Assembly (NCBI GenBank): GCA_964016885.1
Contig: OZ024740.1
Span: forward strand, 193,192,001 to 193,256,000
Source of the DNA: Eledone cirrhosa
Lineage: Eukaryota
Length of the DNA stretch: 64,000 bases
Reading direction: 5' to 3'
Under the pieces are notes generated by a model, which saw only the letters and a list, made by a program, of their open reading frames with translations, was not told the DNA's origin and searched no databases. The translations under genes were made by a program, and so were the position numbers. Of this stretch, positions 39,160 through 51,304 are shown piece by piece (within the stretch, counting starts at the first letter, position 1; each line of letters opens with the position of its first letter).

Positions 39160-42030
39160 TATTGTTTGTGTTTCAGCCATTGATATTATTTAACTCGAAT
39201 GTTTGTTGAAATGAATATCAAGCCGCTACTAGCAGCCTCAGATATTCAGGACATTCCGTAGGGTTCTTGCTGTTCCCAGCAAGCATGCTTTTTGAAGTGT
39301 TCCAAAAAGCGGAGCTGGACTAATTTTCTTTAACCATGCTTGGAATCTCTTTGAGATTGTACCCAGTGCGCTAATGACAATCGGGACGACTCTGACTTGA
39401 TGGCAGTTCCAAATCCTTTTTACCTCCAAATTGAAGTCCTGGTATCAGTTAATTTCCTCCCTTTCCTTTTCTTGCACTCTCGTGTCGAATGGGCAGGCTA
39501 CATCTACAATCAGGCACGATCCTTTTTTCTTGTCGAAAACCACCAGGTAAGGCCTATTGTGTTGCAGTTTCTTGTCCGTCTGTATCCTAAAATCCCATTG
39601 CACCTTCACCTGCTCGTTCTCTATCACCGACACTGGCTTATGCTCATACCACTTCTCAGAATGTGGTAAATTGTTTACTTTGATAGGGGCCATGGTCACA
39701 CTGCCATCCACATCATGTCTCCAGCCTTTATAGTGAGTCTGGGCTAGGTGTTTACACTCGGATACAATATGAGCCACAGTCTCCTCTCTCTCTCTCCACA
39801 GATGCTACACAGTGGGCTAGTCTCCTCCTTGTAAATATGGTGTTTCACCTACTACGTTCTGAGAGCCTGCTATTGCACAGCCATTAACATTCCTTCTGTA
39901 GCCTTTTTAAGGTCTCCTCTTTTTAACCATCTGCATGTCTGTGGATCTCTAACTTCAGTTTTCTCAAAGAATGTACTATGAAGGGACTGTTCATGAAGGT
40001 TGCTCTTCCTCCTTGTTGTTATATCATCCATGTACATCCCCTGGTCTATTGTCCTCTCCTTCATTAAAATTCTGAGATTTGGCTCCCTACTGTTAGTCAC
40101 GTATTTGTGCAGGTTGTTTTTCTCCATCTGAACACAATTCTCTATGCTGATAAGACCTCTTCCACCTTCAGATCTCTTTAAGTAGAGTCTATCAAAATCA
40201 CTCATCTTGTGGAACATGTTGTAGATAGTCAATAGCTTCCTAGTCTTCCTATCCATTTCTTTTTGTTCAGCAACATTCCATTTCAGAATTCCCGCACTGT
40301 ACCTAATAATAGACATAGCTCGGGAATTCACTGCTATTATGACATTCCTACTATTTAGATGTGAATTTAGCACTCTCGTAATTTACTCAGATCTTATTGA
40401 TTCCTTCATGTTTGTGTCATTGATGTAATCTGCTTCCAGAACACCTAAATATTTGTATCCTTCGTCAGAGTCAATTTCCTGTATCAACTCACCTATTGGT
40501 ACCTGGATTCCGTTGCTTCTGCTCAATTTACCCCTCTTCATCACTAGGACTCCACACTTATTAATACCAAATTTCATACATACTTCATTGCTGAAAATAG
40601 GGACAGTGTCAACAAGTACATGCAACTCCTTCTCACTCTTCCCAAAGAGTTTAAGATCGTCCATGAAGAGAAGGTGGTTGATGGTAAGCTCTCTATTTCC
40701 TAACTTGTATCCTGCTCTAACTTTTCGCAGTATTATGGTCAGGGGTATCAGGGCAAGGACAAACAACAGAGGGGACAAACTATTACCCTGGAAGATACCT
40801 CTCTTAATCGTAACGCCTCCCAAGAATTCTCCATCCGATGATAACTCTGCTTCCCAGGACTTCGTACTTTTGCTCAACAACTGTCTGATGCTATCTGCCA
40901 CCTTGAAGATCTGTATGGTTTTAGTTATCCAAGAATGATGTACCATGTCAAATGCCTTTTTCTAATCTATCCATCCCATGACAAGACCAGTGTGTCTCCT
41001 CTTGCAATTCCTCATTACCATCTTATCAATAAGTAACTGGTCCTTTGTACCACGTGACTTCTTTCGGCATCCTTTCTGTTCGTCCGGTAACAATGCTTGT
41101 TAACAGTTTCCACATTACGGACAGACATGTGATAGGTCTATAGTTGGTAACATCCTTACCCATGATTCGGTCTTCCATTACCAGAACTGTGGTACCTTTT
41201 AATCCAATACTCCTGCACACCAAATCGGTTTGTTGGTGTGCTTGTTCACTAATCTCCTTTTGTACTGTCTCAATCCACACTGCCTGACTATTATGTTTAA
41301 CCTCCTGCTCCCATATTTCTCTCCAGAATGTCTTAGTCTGTTCCGCCTCAGGCATCAAGTCGTTGCCTCTTTCTTTCCCTTCAAGCTGTCCAAAACACAT
41401 CTTCTGGTTGTTGTCAAACATGCGGTTCTGTCTATACTGACTGACTCTGCTCTCATACCGCTTAATCTTTGCACTCTTTGCTACGATGCGTTGCTTCAGT
41501 TCCTCTAGAGATGATATGATATTTAGCTTTTTCCTCCTAGTTTTGTACTTAATTTCCAGTCTATTTTTAGTGTCTATGTTTTGTAGTGTCCCATTCAGTA
41601 GGGACTCACGCTTTCAAATGTCATTTCTCATTTCCTTGATTTGACCATTCAGTGGTTATTTCCACCAAGGTTCTGATCTTTCTTGATTGTTGTTTCCTTT
41701 CGTTGTTATGCCAAGTAATTTCCTCACCGCACTAGCTGTTGCTTTGAGGATATTGTTGCATTGGTGAAGTTTCCTCGCCTCAAGGTATGGGATGACTTTG
41801 ATTACCTTAGCTGTTGTTTCTTTTAACTTTTTCCTGTCTACAAATCTTAGGTTTAAAGGTTTCCCACTATCATTGTTCATTTCATCTACCACTAAGTTTA
41901 GGATATCAACCAAATCTTGTTCTAGCCAGTCAGCTTTTCATTTCCTCAATGGCCGTATCTTTGTTCCAGATGTTATTTATTTCAGCATTCAGATCATTGT
42001 CTGCTTCGGATGCTTCTTCCGTTCCAGGGT
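39160..42030 (-). mobile_element. R4/Dong family B, older decayed copy with internal deletions
   Basis: Fragmented ORFs 39238-41913 are collinear with 34657-37788; 3' end abuts (TAA)n at ~39108-39160. Confidence 0.9.
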
Positions 42031-44492
42031 ACCAGGTATGTACTTTAATCTTATGGAGTCAATGTAATCGAATTTCCCTTCCCCAAAAATGTGTTGGTCT
42101 TGTGCTTAAATCAGAAACTATTATTTCTTTCGTGTAATGTTATTTCCTCTCCAGGAAGCAATTCAGGTCTAATTGCTTGGTCGTTCAGTTAATTAATGAA
42201 GACCTGCGTAAGCACTTTGTAAGTCACTTAAATATGTTGAGCTACAGCTTGAATCTATACCATACAAGTCGTTATCAGTTGCGTTTTTCTTCGTAGCCTG
42301 TGATGCTATTTGAATTGTAATTGTTTAACAAGAGTGATCAGGTGCTCTAAATATTTCTAACACCTGCGCTATCCATACTTAACCACTATTCATTTTGTCT
42401 AAATAAGCACTGGCGGATTATTTGTGAACAACAATGATTTCCTTTTAACCATTCCATGATTTTAGGTGTTTTGATTTTGTTATCATTTATTTCTGTAATA
42501 CTTGTCTCTATTTTCCGAAATTTTTTTTTAATTTCTCAAACAAAGGTTCTAGTTGCTGCCGAATTACAAGGACATTGTATATTGCGTGATGCATTGTGAA
42601 AGTGTAGAAAATACGGGGACATGATTCATAGGAATTAAGAAAGTTGCTTAATTTCTAAACTAAACATAAACATAAATCATAACACTCTTATATATTTTCC
42701 AAACATCACATAGTTGTTTTTGTATGGTTCCGTTTGTCAGCTCAGCAAACGGAATGCGGTGAAAGAGCCAGTTCAAATATTTCAGACTTTAGAAAAATTA
42801 TAGCATTTATTTCTCTTTTTCTGTGATTTTTCAACCTTGTTTGTGTTGAATTTTATATCACCACATAAGAAAATATTCACTTTCATTTGCAACTATTTCT
42901 GTTGCATAAGCTATTTGGTTTATCTTGCTGATTTTCATGTTTGTTCTTAGTCTCTATTTTCATAACGTCTATATTGACCTGGTTAAGATTTGTTATCGTT
43001 GTTCCTATTTTAGCATTGATTTTGCATTTTTTGAGCGTCCTTCTAAACAAAGATTATCTATAGATAAATATTATTTAACTATTTCTGTATTCAGGTTGAT
43101 GTCGCAATCCACATCCTCATTTTTACAGTTGTTATTCTTATGTCATATAAAGTTTGATTTTTGTGTATTTCTAGTTCGATCCGCATCGTAGCATTCTTTA
43201 GTTTTGCTAAGTTCTGACTCTTTTGTGTTCTGTAATCTATTTAGTTTCTTTGGCACGTGCGAGTACTTTCTTTGTAATTTACTTTCTAAATGTTTATAAG
43301 TTAAATGCTTATTTTTTTCCCGGTTTGTTGGTACTTTTTTCATAGTACTTGGTGTTTGTATTTTTATTACGCATTCATACTTTACGTGTTATAATCTTTT
43401 CGTTTCATAACATTTTTGATTTGATAATTAATATTAGAGACATTATATATTGTCAGTACCTCTGGTGCATGCGACAGAAGACTCAACATTTCATATAAAT
43501 GGAAGAAAACCAGCACAGTAAGGGCAGAGAGATTAAATGATATATAGGCCGCTGGCTGTCAGCATGCTTCCCGCCCCCAGACGACTCGGTCTATTTTGCC
43601 CACCCTCCAAACTTTCATCTCTTTCCCCTTTCTATCACAACACTTTAGTATTTAAGTCCACGTCATTTGGTTTTTCTTCACACACCTTTCATACCACACA
43701 TCCTCATCAAAGCCACGCCAGCTTCGAAAGACGTGCAATTCCTCCCACATTATGTTAACCCCTTCCATTCACATACCAATTCACCTCCTTGCTTAACTCA
43801 TGCCTTACTTAACTCACGCCCCGGCGACAATATACTACGATACTCAACTCACTATTTTATGTTGCTCCCTGACTCTAAAACCGCCACCACGCCATCCTCA
43901 CACTCGCACCTCTACACAACAATCACCCTAGTATTGTAACGAGCTAGTGTTCGTGCTGATACACGAAAACCACTAAATAAAATGATGGGTGTTCGGAAGA
44001 GCAAATAGCCATATAAACAAAGTTAAAAACAGGATGTATAAACAAAACGTAGTCCTCTGAGATGTCTAGCCTCAGAATGTGGCAACCCCTCTAACACATT
44101 CAAGCCTAGAATATATTCGCTGAACGTTGAGGGTGATGATGAGGAGGAGGGAGATGATGATGATATTCTCAAATTGTTTAACTATAATAATGTAAATACC
44201 CTATCCAATAAAACAGGTGAGGCTTATACACTATTATCCCACAGAATGAGTCATAGATATCACTAGTATACATTTATATATTCGTTGAACTCTTGAATTA
44301 CGCCCGGATGGTATTTCTCAACTTAGAATGAGCCACGATACAATTAGTGTCTTATGGGAATAATGTATGGCATATGTTTGTATTAATCAATGATCAACAA
44401 CCAAAAATGGCACACATATACACACATGGGTGTTTTTATCTTTGTGCATTTCAGTATATACATGAAACAGAGAGAGAAAGATATATATATAT

Positions 44493-44594
<102 letters not shown>

Positions 44595-45122
44595 GCGTGT
44601 GTGTGTGTGCGTGTGTGTGTGTGTTCATATATATATATACATGTTTATTTGATGGCTGCTGGCATTACCTAGAAACAAAAACAAGATGGATGACAACAAT
44701 AGACGATAGTACAACAACAAATCATTTCAGCTATGTTAGTATTCCGCTGGAAATTAACTTCTTGTATTCCAATTCTACAAACCACCAAAATTATCCGAAA
44801 AGTGACGTTTTGAATGGTATCTGACATGTTACATAATAGAGAAGAATAAAGTGCATCAAAATAGATTCTGCAATATTTCTATTACATTCTCTCAAAATGA
44901 GATCCGAATAGATCCGAATAAAGAAGAATATGTTATTAATAAATTGATTTGGAGATAGCGTAGCTATGAAATTGATTATTCACATATGCGTAAATCTATT
45001 AGTAAAATATTTCCTAATATTAAACGTAATTCAATAATCATTAATCTATATACACGCACACACGTACATATACAGGCACGTATATACATACAAACGTACA
45101 TATATATATATATATATGTGTG

Positions 45123-45177
<55 letters not shown>

Positions 45178-46791
45178 GTGTTTGTGTGCGTGAGAAAGAA
45201 AGAAAGAGAGAGAGAGAGACTTTGTTATAATTTATTTTTTCGAGATAATTCTCTATGTTATTAATAATACATTTTCCACTTCGTTATTGTGCGTTTATGC
45301 AGGCGCTCCTTTAATCAAGCATTTATTTGCTTAGATTTAACAAAAAAATAAATAAAACAAGAATAGTAGAAGACAGAGTTGAATTCTATTGAGCATGTAT
45401 TGTTACCACAAATATTCTATTTTCTATATTGCTTTTAGAATTCACAATCATTGGAATTAATATCATTTTTATATATCATGAACTATTATGCTGAGGAAAA
45501 GCAATAGCTGACCCGGAACTGTAATGGTGACGGGTGTTTATATTTTGCAAGTTTCCAGCATATTACTTATAGTGTAAAGGTTGCACTGCTCTGCTTACCT
45601 ATTTGCCAATTAGAAAGTATCAGAAACATTATGACTTAACATATGCAGCACTCTATAGAACCAATATAGAATCGTCCAACGCATGTATAAATGAAAAATC
45701 GTATTAAGTAAACCCTTTTTGTTGGTCCATTGCTGTGAATAACTTCCAAATGGAACGCCTGACATACGATGTATGTGTTAATCTGTATCCATCGCCTGTT
45801 AAAATGTCGAGGACTTTCAAATTGTAGGAAATAAATTACTCCTAAATTATAAAAATCAAACAAAACCTGAGAGTTTATATAAGAATTCTACTTTTACTAT
45901 AATGCGTAGGTGAAAGAATTACCCTAACCTCGTGATATGTGTATATTACCATGATAAAGCGCACATAAACCACAAACCTTCAACTGGAGTTGTATCTCTT
46001 TCCTTTTGTAGAAATTTACGCTTACAATGTTTCCACATCTCAACATATAGATATTGTTGTTTATTTGAGTGTAACAAAACATATTTGACCTCACTGTCTT
46101 TGTTTTTAGCGAGGATATACGAACTATATATTTTTATCTCCCAAGTACGATTTACAGACATGTCACATGATATATTAGCTCAATCGTTTTGAAAGATCGT
46201 GGTACTTGTTATTATAGTTTTCTCTATAATAAGAATTCTATAACATTTATATTATTATTAGTATATATACGCATTTGAGGAGTTCAAATTTTACATGTAC
46301 ATTATCGCCATCGTATTCCCTAAAAATGTTCAGATCTGGGTTACCCCCATCTTTGATGTAAAGCCACATGTCACTATAAGTCTAGGTTTACTACTACAAC
46401 CTAGCTGTCTACTGGGAGAAGGCTTACACTCACCGAGGAAATAATTTAGAGCCAAATTACGTATGGCATTACCTAATTTCTGTTAACGGTGATTTCTGTC
46501 GGACTACTATTAACAAATCGTAATCTCAGAAATCATGCATGGTCTAGGGTTTGGAATATATTAATACCATACCCCAATAAAGTCGTTTTTCTTACTGATT
46601 ATCGAATGTGTACATTCAGGTGAAAGGATATTACTCTTTAAAAAAACAAACTTGATTATATCATTGAGTGGGTTAGAAAATGACCGAGACTCAGAGGATT
46701 CTCTTTGGCTAGTTTCGTATACCTATATATATGTGTATTTATGTATCTGCGTTTGAGTGTGTTTGTGTGTGTCTGTGTATGTGTTTAAGTG

Positions 46792-46845
<54 letters not shown>

Positions 46846-47133
46846 GAAAATATAGAAATTAATGTGAACAGGGAGGAAACAGTATTTCATAATATATAAG
46901 TGACTATAACGTCAAAATCGATAAAGAATTAACGTAAGATGTGGGAAAGTAATTCAAACTAAATTCAAAAGAAATCAAATCAGAGATTTTATCCATGGAT
47001 TTTGTGAAATCCAGGGAAAAAACCAATAGAGTCTTAAATCAGAATAAAATAAAGTTTAAATACTCATCCTTCAATTTGGAAAAACTACAAACGGTCTATA
47101 TAGTCTTAGAAAGACTATTTCACGAAAGCATTT

Positions 47134-47190
<57 letters not shown>

Positions 47191-47192
<2 letters not shown>

Positions 47193-47958
47193 GATATTAA
47201 ATAAATGGAAACTATATTTATAAAACCATATTTATTTCATTATATATATTTCAGGGATATCATATTAACAATATGTTATGCCTTCTTCAGACAAAATACA
47301 ATATAGACAGTTTTATAGATAAATAGATTTGACATACCGTTCAACATCGACTTGTATTTGAAAAAGTTGCTTTGGCAGTGAAAAATTGTAAACAGAAAGA
47401 AAGGAAGAAAGAAGGAAAGAAAGAAAGAAAACGAAGAAAAAGAAGAAAAAAGAAGAAATGCATGCAACAAAATAGAGAGATGGAAAGATAGATAAAGAGA
47501 AGAACTTCATGTAAAGAAACAGAGAGAGATATATAGAGAGATGCATCATTGATACGTCATGCAACTACCTACTTTTCTCTATATATATCTATCTCTATCT
47601 ATTTCCTCTCTCTATATATCTCTCTCTGTTTCTTTACATGAAGTTCTTCTCTTTATCTATCTTTCCATCTCTCTATTTTGTTGCATGCATTTCTTCTTTT
47701 TTCTTCTTTTTCTTCGTTTTCTTTCTTTCTTTCCTTCTTTCTTCCTTTCTTTCTGTTTACAATTTTTCACTGCCAAAGCAACTTTTTCAAATACAAGTCG
47801 ATGTTGAACGGTATGTCAAATCTATTTATCTATAAAACTGTCTATATTGTATTTTGTCTGAAGAATGCATAACATATTGTTAATATGATATCCCTGAAAT
47901 ATATATAATGAAATAAATATGGTTTTATAAATATAGTTTCCATTTATTTAATATCGTA
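47191..47958. mobile_element. Fold-back pLTR element with hammerhead in each arm
   Basis: Arms ~47191-47540 and ~47607-47958 are inverted and nearly identical (mirror ORFs 47276-47470 and 47678-47872). Confidence 0.85.
47240..47294 (-). ncRNA. Minimal hammerhead ribozyme
   Basis: UUGU-CUGAAGA-AGG cAUaaCAUAUU guu AAUAUG aUAUc CCU-GAA-AUAUAU-A; stem I register is weak. Confidence 0.6.
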
Positions 47959-48044
47959 AATATACTCCAAATACTTGTTGAGTGCTTTTATATCAGTTAT
48001 AAATATTTACTAGTTGTAACCCAACAATTTAAATATAACTTTCC

Positions 48045-48084
<40 letters not shown>

Positions 48085-48298
48085 AAGTATGATTCCGACG
48101 GCAGCACTCAAGCCGTTTCGATGGCTAATTCTGGACTAGTCCAGATATAGCCGTCGACACGGTTTGAACTCTGCCGTCGGGGTCATACTTTTTTCTATTA
48201 CCCACTCTACTATCCTAAGTATTGAGTACTCTGGTGCGTTATGGTCCATCTGGCTCCTAACCACGTCTCCTTCGTTATATATACATATATATATATAT

Positions 48299-48721
48299 AT
48301 AAACGTTTGAATATGTGTAATAAAGCCAAAACAATGCAGGTATGGACATAGAAAAAAGAATGCAATAGTAAAAGATATTGTTGAGAATTCGTCCTTTACC
48401 TTGAATTTATTTAAATGTCCTTAATTTTCGAGATAATATCTCTTCTTCGGAGGGAAATAAAGGTCTCAAACCAGCGCCTTAAATCTCTAGCTAGAGATTT
48501 AAGGCGCCGGTTTGAGACCTTTATTTCCCTCCGAAGAAGAGATATTATCTCGAAAATTAAGGACATTTAAATAAATTCAAGGTAAAGGACGAATTCTCAA
48601 CAATATCTTTTACTATTGCATTCTTTTTTCTATGTCGATACCTGCATTGTTTTGGCTTTATTACACATATTCAAACGTTTATACCTCATTACACAATGCT
48701 TCAAGTGAACTATAACCTCCT

Positions 48722-48725
<4 letters not shown>
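48299..48725. mobile_element. Near-perfect, spacer-less palindromic pLTR element (family of 13757-14180)
   Basis: Centre aaatctctagctagagattt at 48481-48500. Both arms carry CCT-CCGAAGA-A-GAGATattATCTC-GAA-AATT-A-AGG (plus-strand copy 48528-48562). Confidence 0.88.
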
Positions 48726-48760
<35 letters not shown>

Positions 48761-48814
48761 TACACATATATACACATATACATAAATCCATAAATACACA
48801 TACACAAATATATA

Positions 48815-49250
48815 TATATATATACGATATTAAATAAATGGAAACTATATTTATAAAACCATATTGATTTCATTATACATATTTCAGGGATACCAAATTA
48901 AAATATGGTATGCCTTCATCAGACAAAATACAATATATAAACAGTTTTATAAATAATTTTGACGTACCATATTAAATGCAACCATTTTGAAAGCTTCCAA
49001 AAATAATGGTTGCATTTAATAGGGTACGTCAAAATTATTTATAAAACTGTTTTTATATTGTATTTTGTCTGATGAAGGCATACCATATTTTAATTTGGTA
49101 TCCCTGAAATATGTATAATGAAATAAATATGATTTTATAAATATAGTTTCCATTTATTTAATAACGTATATCTACTCCAAAAACTTGTCGAGTGGTTTAT
49201 GTCAGTTATAAAATATTTACTTGTTGTATCCCAACAATTTTAAATAGAAC
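48815..49250. mobile_element. Fold-back pLTR element (family of 47191-47958) with hammerheads
   Basis: Arms ~48820-48988 and ~48998-49168 are inverted. Plus strand 49065-49118 reads CTGATGA-AGG c ATACCA..TGGTAT c CCT-GAA-ATATGT-A. Confidence 0.82.
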
Positions 49251-49332
49251 TTTTGCATATATATATATATACATATATGTGTATACATATACATGTGATT
49301 ACACATATATATGTATACACATATACATACAT

Positions 49333-49363
<31 letters not shown>

Positions 49364-49394
49364 CATATATACACACATATACACACACATACAG

Positions 49395-49470
<76 letters not shown>

Positions 49471-49830
49471 ATATATATATATACACATATACACACATAC
49501 ATATAATAATTACATACATACACATATATATGTACACACACACAAATATACATACGTATACACATACATATAAATATATATATATGTTTATATATACAAA
49601 TACTCATACACACACGCACACACACATATATATATATATATATATACATATATACACATATATACACATGTAAAAACATATACACACACATATATATATA
49701 TACACATACATATATACACATATATACACATATATATATATATACACACATACATATATATATACACATACACATACATATACATATATACACATACGTA
49801 CACACATACAGGTATAAGTACACATGGATA

Positions 49831-49893
<63 letters not shown>

Positions 49894-50178
49894 TGACCTA
49901 CACCCATCTCACTCCCCACCCTCTCCTACCACTTGTAGAGACCTATAAATACCATTTTTATTTTTTGATACCCAGATTCCTGATGATTTCTAATGAATGA
50001 AACAGTTCTAGTCCTGTAGAATCTCATCTATATTAAAACTGTTATACTCTGCTATGTATTGAGTACCTTACTTACTGTGGTTACCTCCGATTCAACCCGG
50101 AATAACGTATATATATATATATATATAGAATAAGGAAAAGCGAAGTAGTTTCAGATGTTCAAATCCTTTAATAATAAT

Positions 50179-50252
50179 GCTGTGATATATATTTCAATGA
50201 CGACACTGGTCACACTGTTCTGTGTGCGAGTGTTGTGACATCATCAGACAGC
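50179..50252 (-). ncRNA. Type-I hammerhead ribozyme in the 3' pLTR (sense to the PLE ORF)
   Basis: GCUGU-CUGAUGA-long stem II-GAA-AUAUAUAU-C-ACAGC; perfect 5-bp stem I, palindromic helix III, AUC cleavage triplet. Confidence 0.85.
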
Positions 50253-50913
50253 TGTTACATAATAAGGTTATGGTTCCGAGGCAATCCAAATTGAATCGAC
50301 ATGGGAACGGATGAAATGTTTGCTTTGGGGTTCTTCATCCGTTCCCCTGTGAGTACGAATTCACCCCCACCGGTCTGCGCAGGCGCATGTCCGAAGGAAG
50401 TTGACCATTAGCTACCGCAGATTTCAACGAAATTCGCTTAGTAAGTTCACCCTCTCAGCCAAACAATGGCCCACCTATGCCTGTACATTAGTTTACTGCT
50501 ACCCATCCCGACTGTGGCAGTCAGCCGAAAGCCAGAGTGGATGGGAGGGTGTTAGTTTTTACAGGTCACATCCTACCTCTCACCGAGCGTGGACACTACG
50601 ACTGACCATCAACTCATAAGAGAAAATAAACTTAATTCTAGGTATCATGGTTTTACATTGGAAGTTAAGAGTGAGAGTTGGAAATAAAAATTAAAATCCT
50701 AAATCAAATATCAGTAATTATAAAATAAACAATTAAAAAATTGTTTTACTTTGGGAGGGTCATGTTGCCAATAAGAAACACACGCACCAATTGCTTTCAC
50801 TTCAATTTATTATATATTTATAACTTCATAAATTTACAAATTTACAAATCTACAAACTTATAAATTTCTGGTTGGTTGGTTGGTTCCATAACCAGATAGT
50901 TGTTTATATATAT

Positions 50914-50958
50914 AGTCATAGTCCTTTCGTCACACACTCTGTGACCTCTTCAGTGACT
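50914..50958 (-). ncRNA. Second hammerhead ribozyme in the PLE 3' region
   Basis: AGUCA-CUGAAGA-G-GUCAC agagugu GUGAC-GAA-AGGACU-A-UGACU. Confidence 0.8.
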
Positions 50959-51304
50959 GGGGATTCCTTTCTTCGTTTCTGTGCCTTCCTTTCATCTATC
51001 CTACGCCATTTTGTTTCTTTGTGTGTGTTGTGTGCTCAGTTTGCGCATGCGCCACATCCGGGTGTCTGTGTGTGTTTGTGTTCATTTTTTATTTTTCTAT
51101 TTATATTTTTCTATTTGTTTATTTATTTATTTATTTATTGTTGGTTGGTTGTTTGTTCTATGTGTGTGTGTGTTTTCATTTTGTCCTGTGTGTGTTTTCA
51201 TTTTGTCCTGTGTGTGTTTTCATTTTGTGTGTGTTTTCAATTGTAAGTTGTTTGTTCTATGTGTGTGTGTGTTTTCATTTTGTCCTTAATTGTAAGTTGT
51301 GATG

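Noticed and set aside
28402-42137. Plus-strand ORFs overlapping the Dong elements
   Set aside because: Antisense shadows of the retrotransposon ORFs.
50303-50346. Hairpin containing ATGA as a possible SECIS element
   Set aside because: The ATGA is fully Watson-Crick paired with TCAT, there is no tandem G-A quartet, and the ORF has no in-frame TGA.
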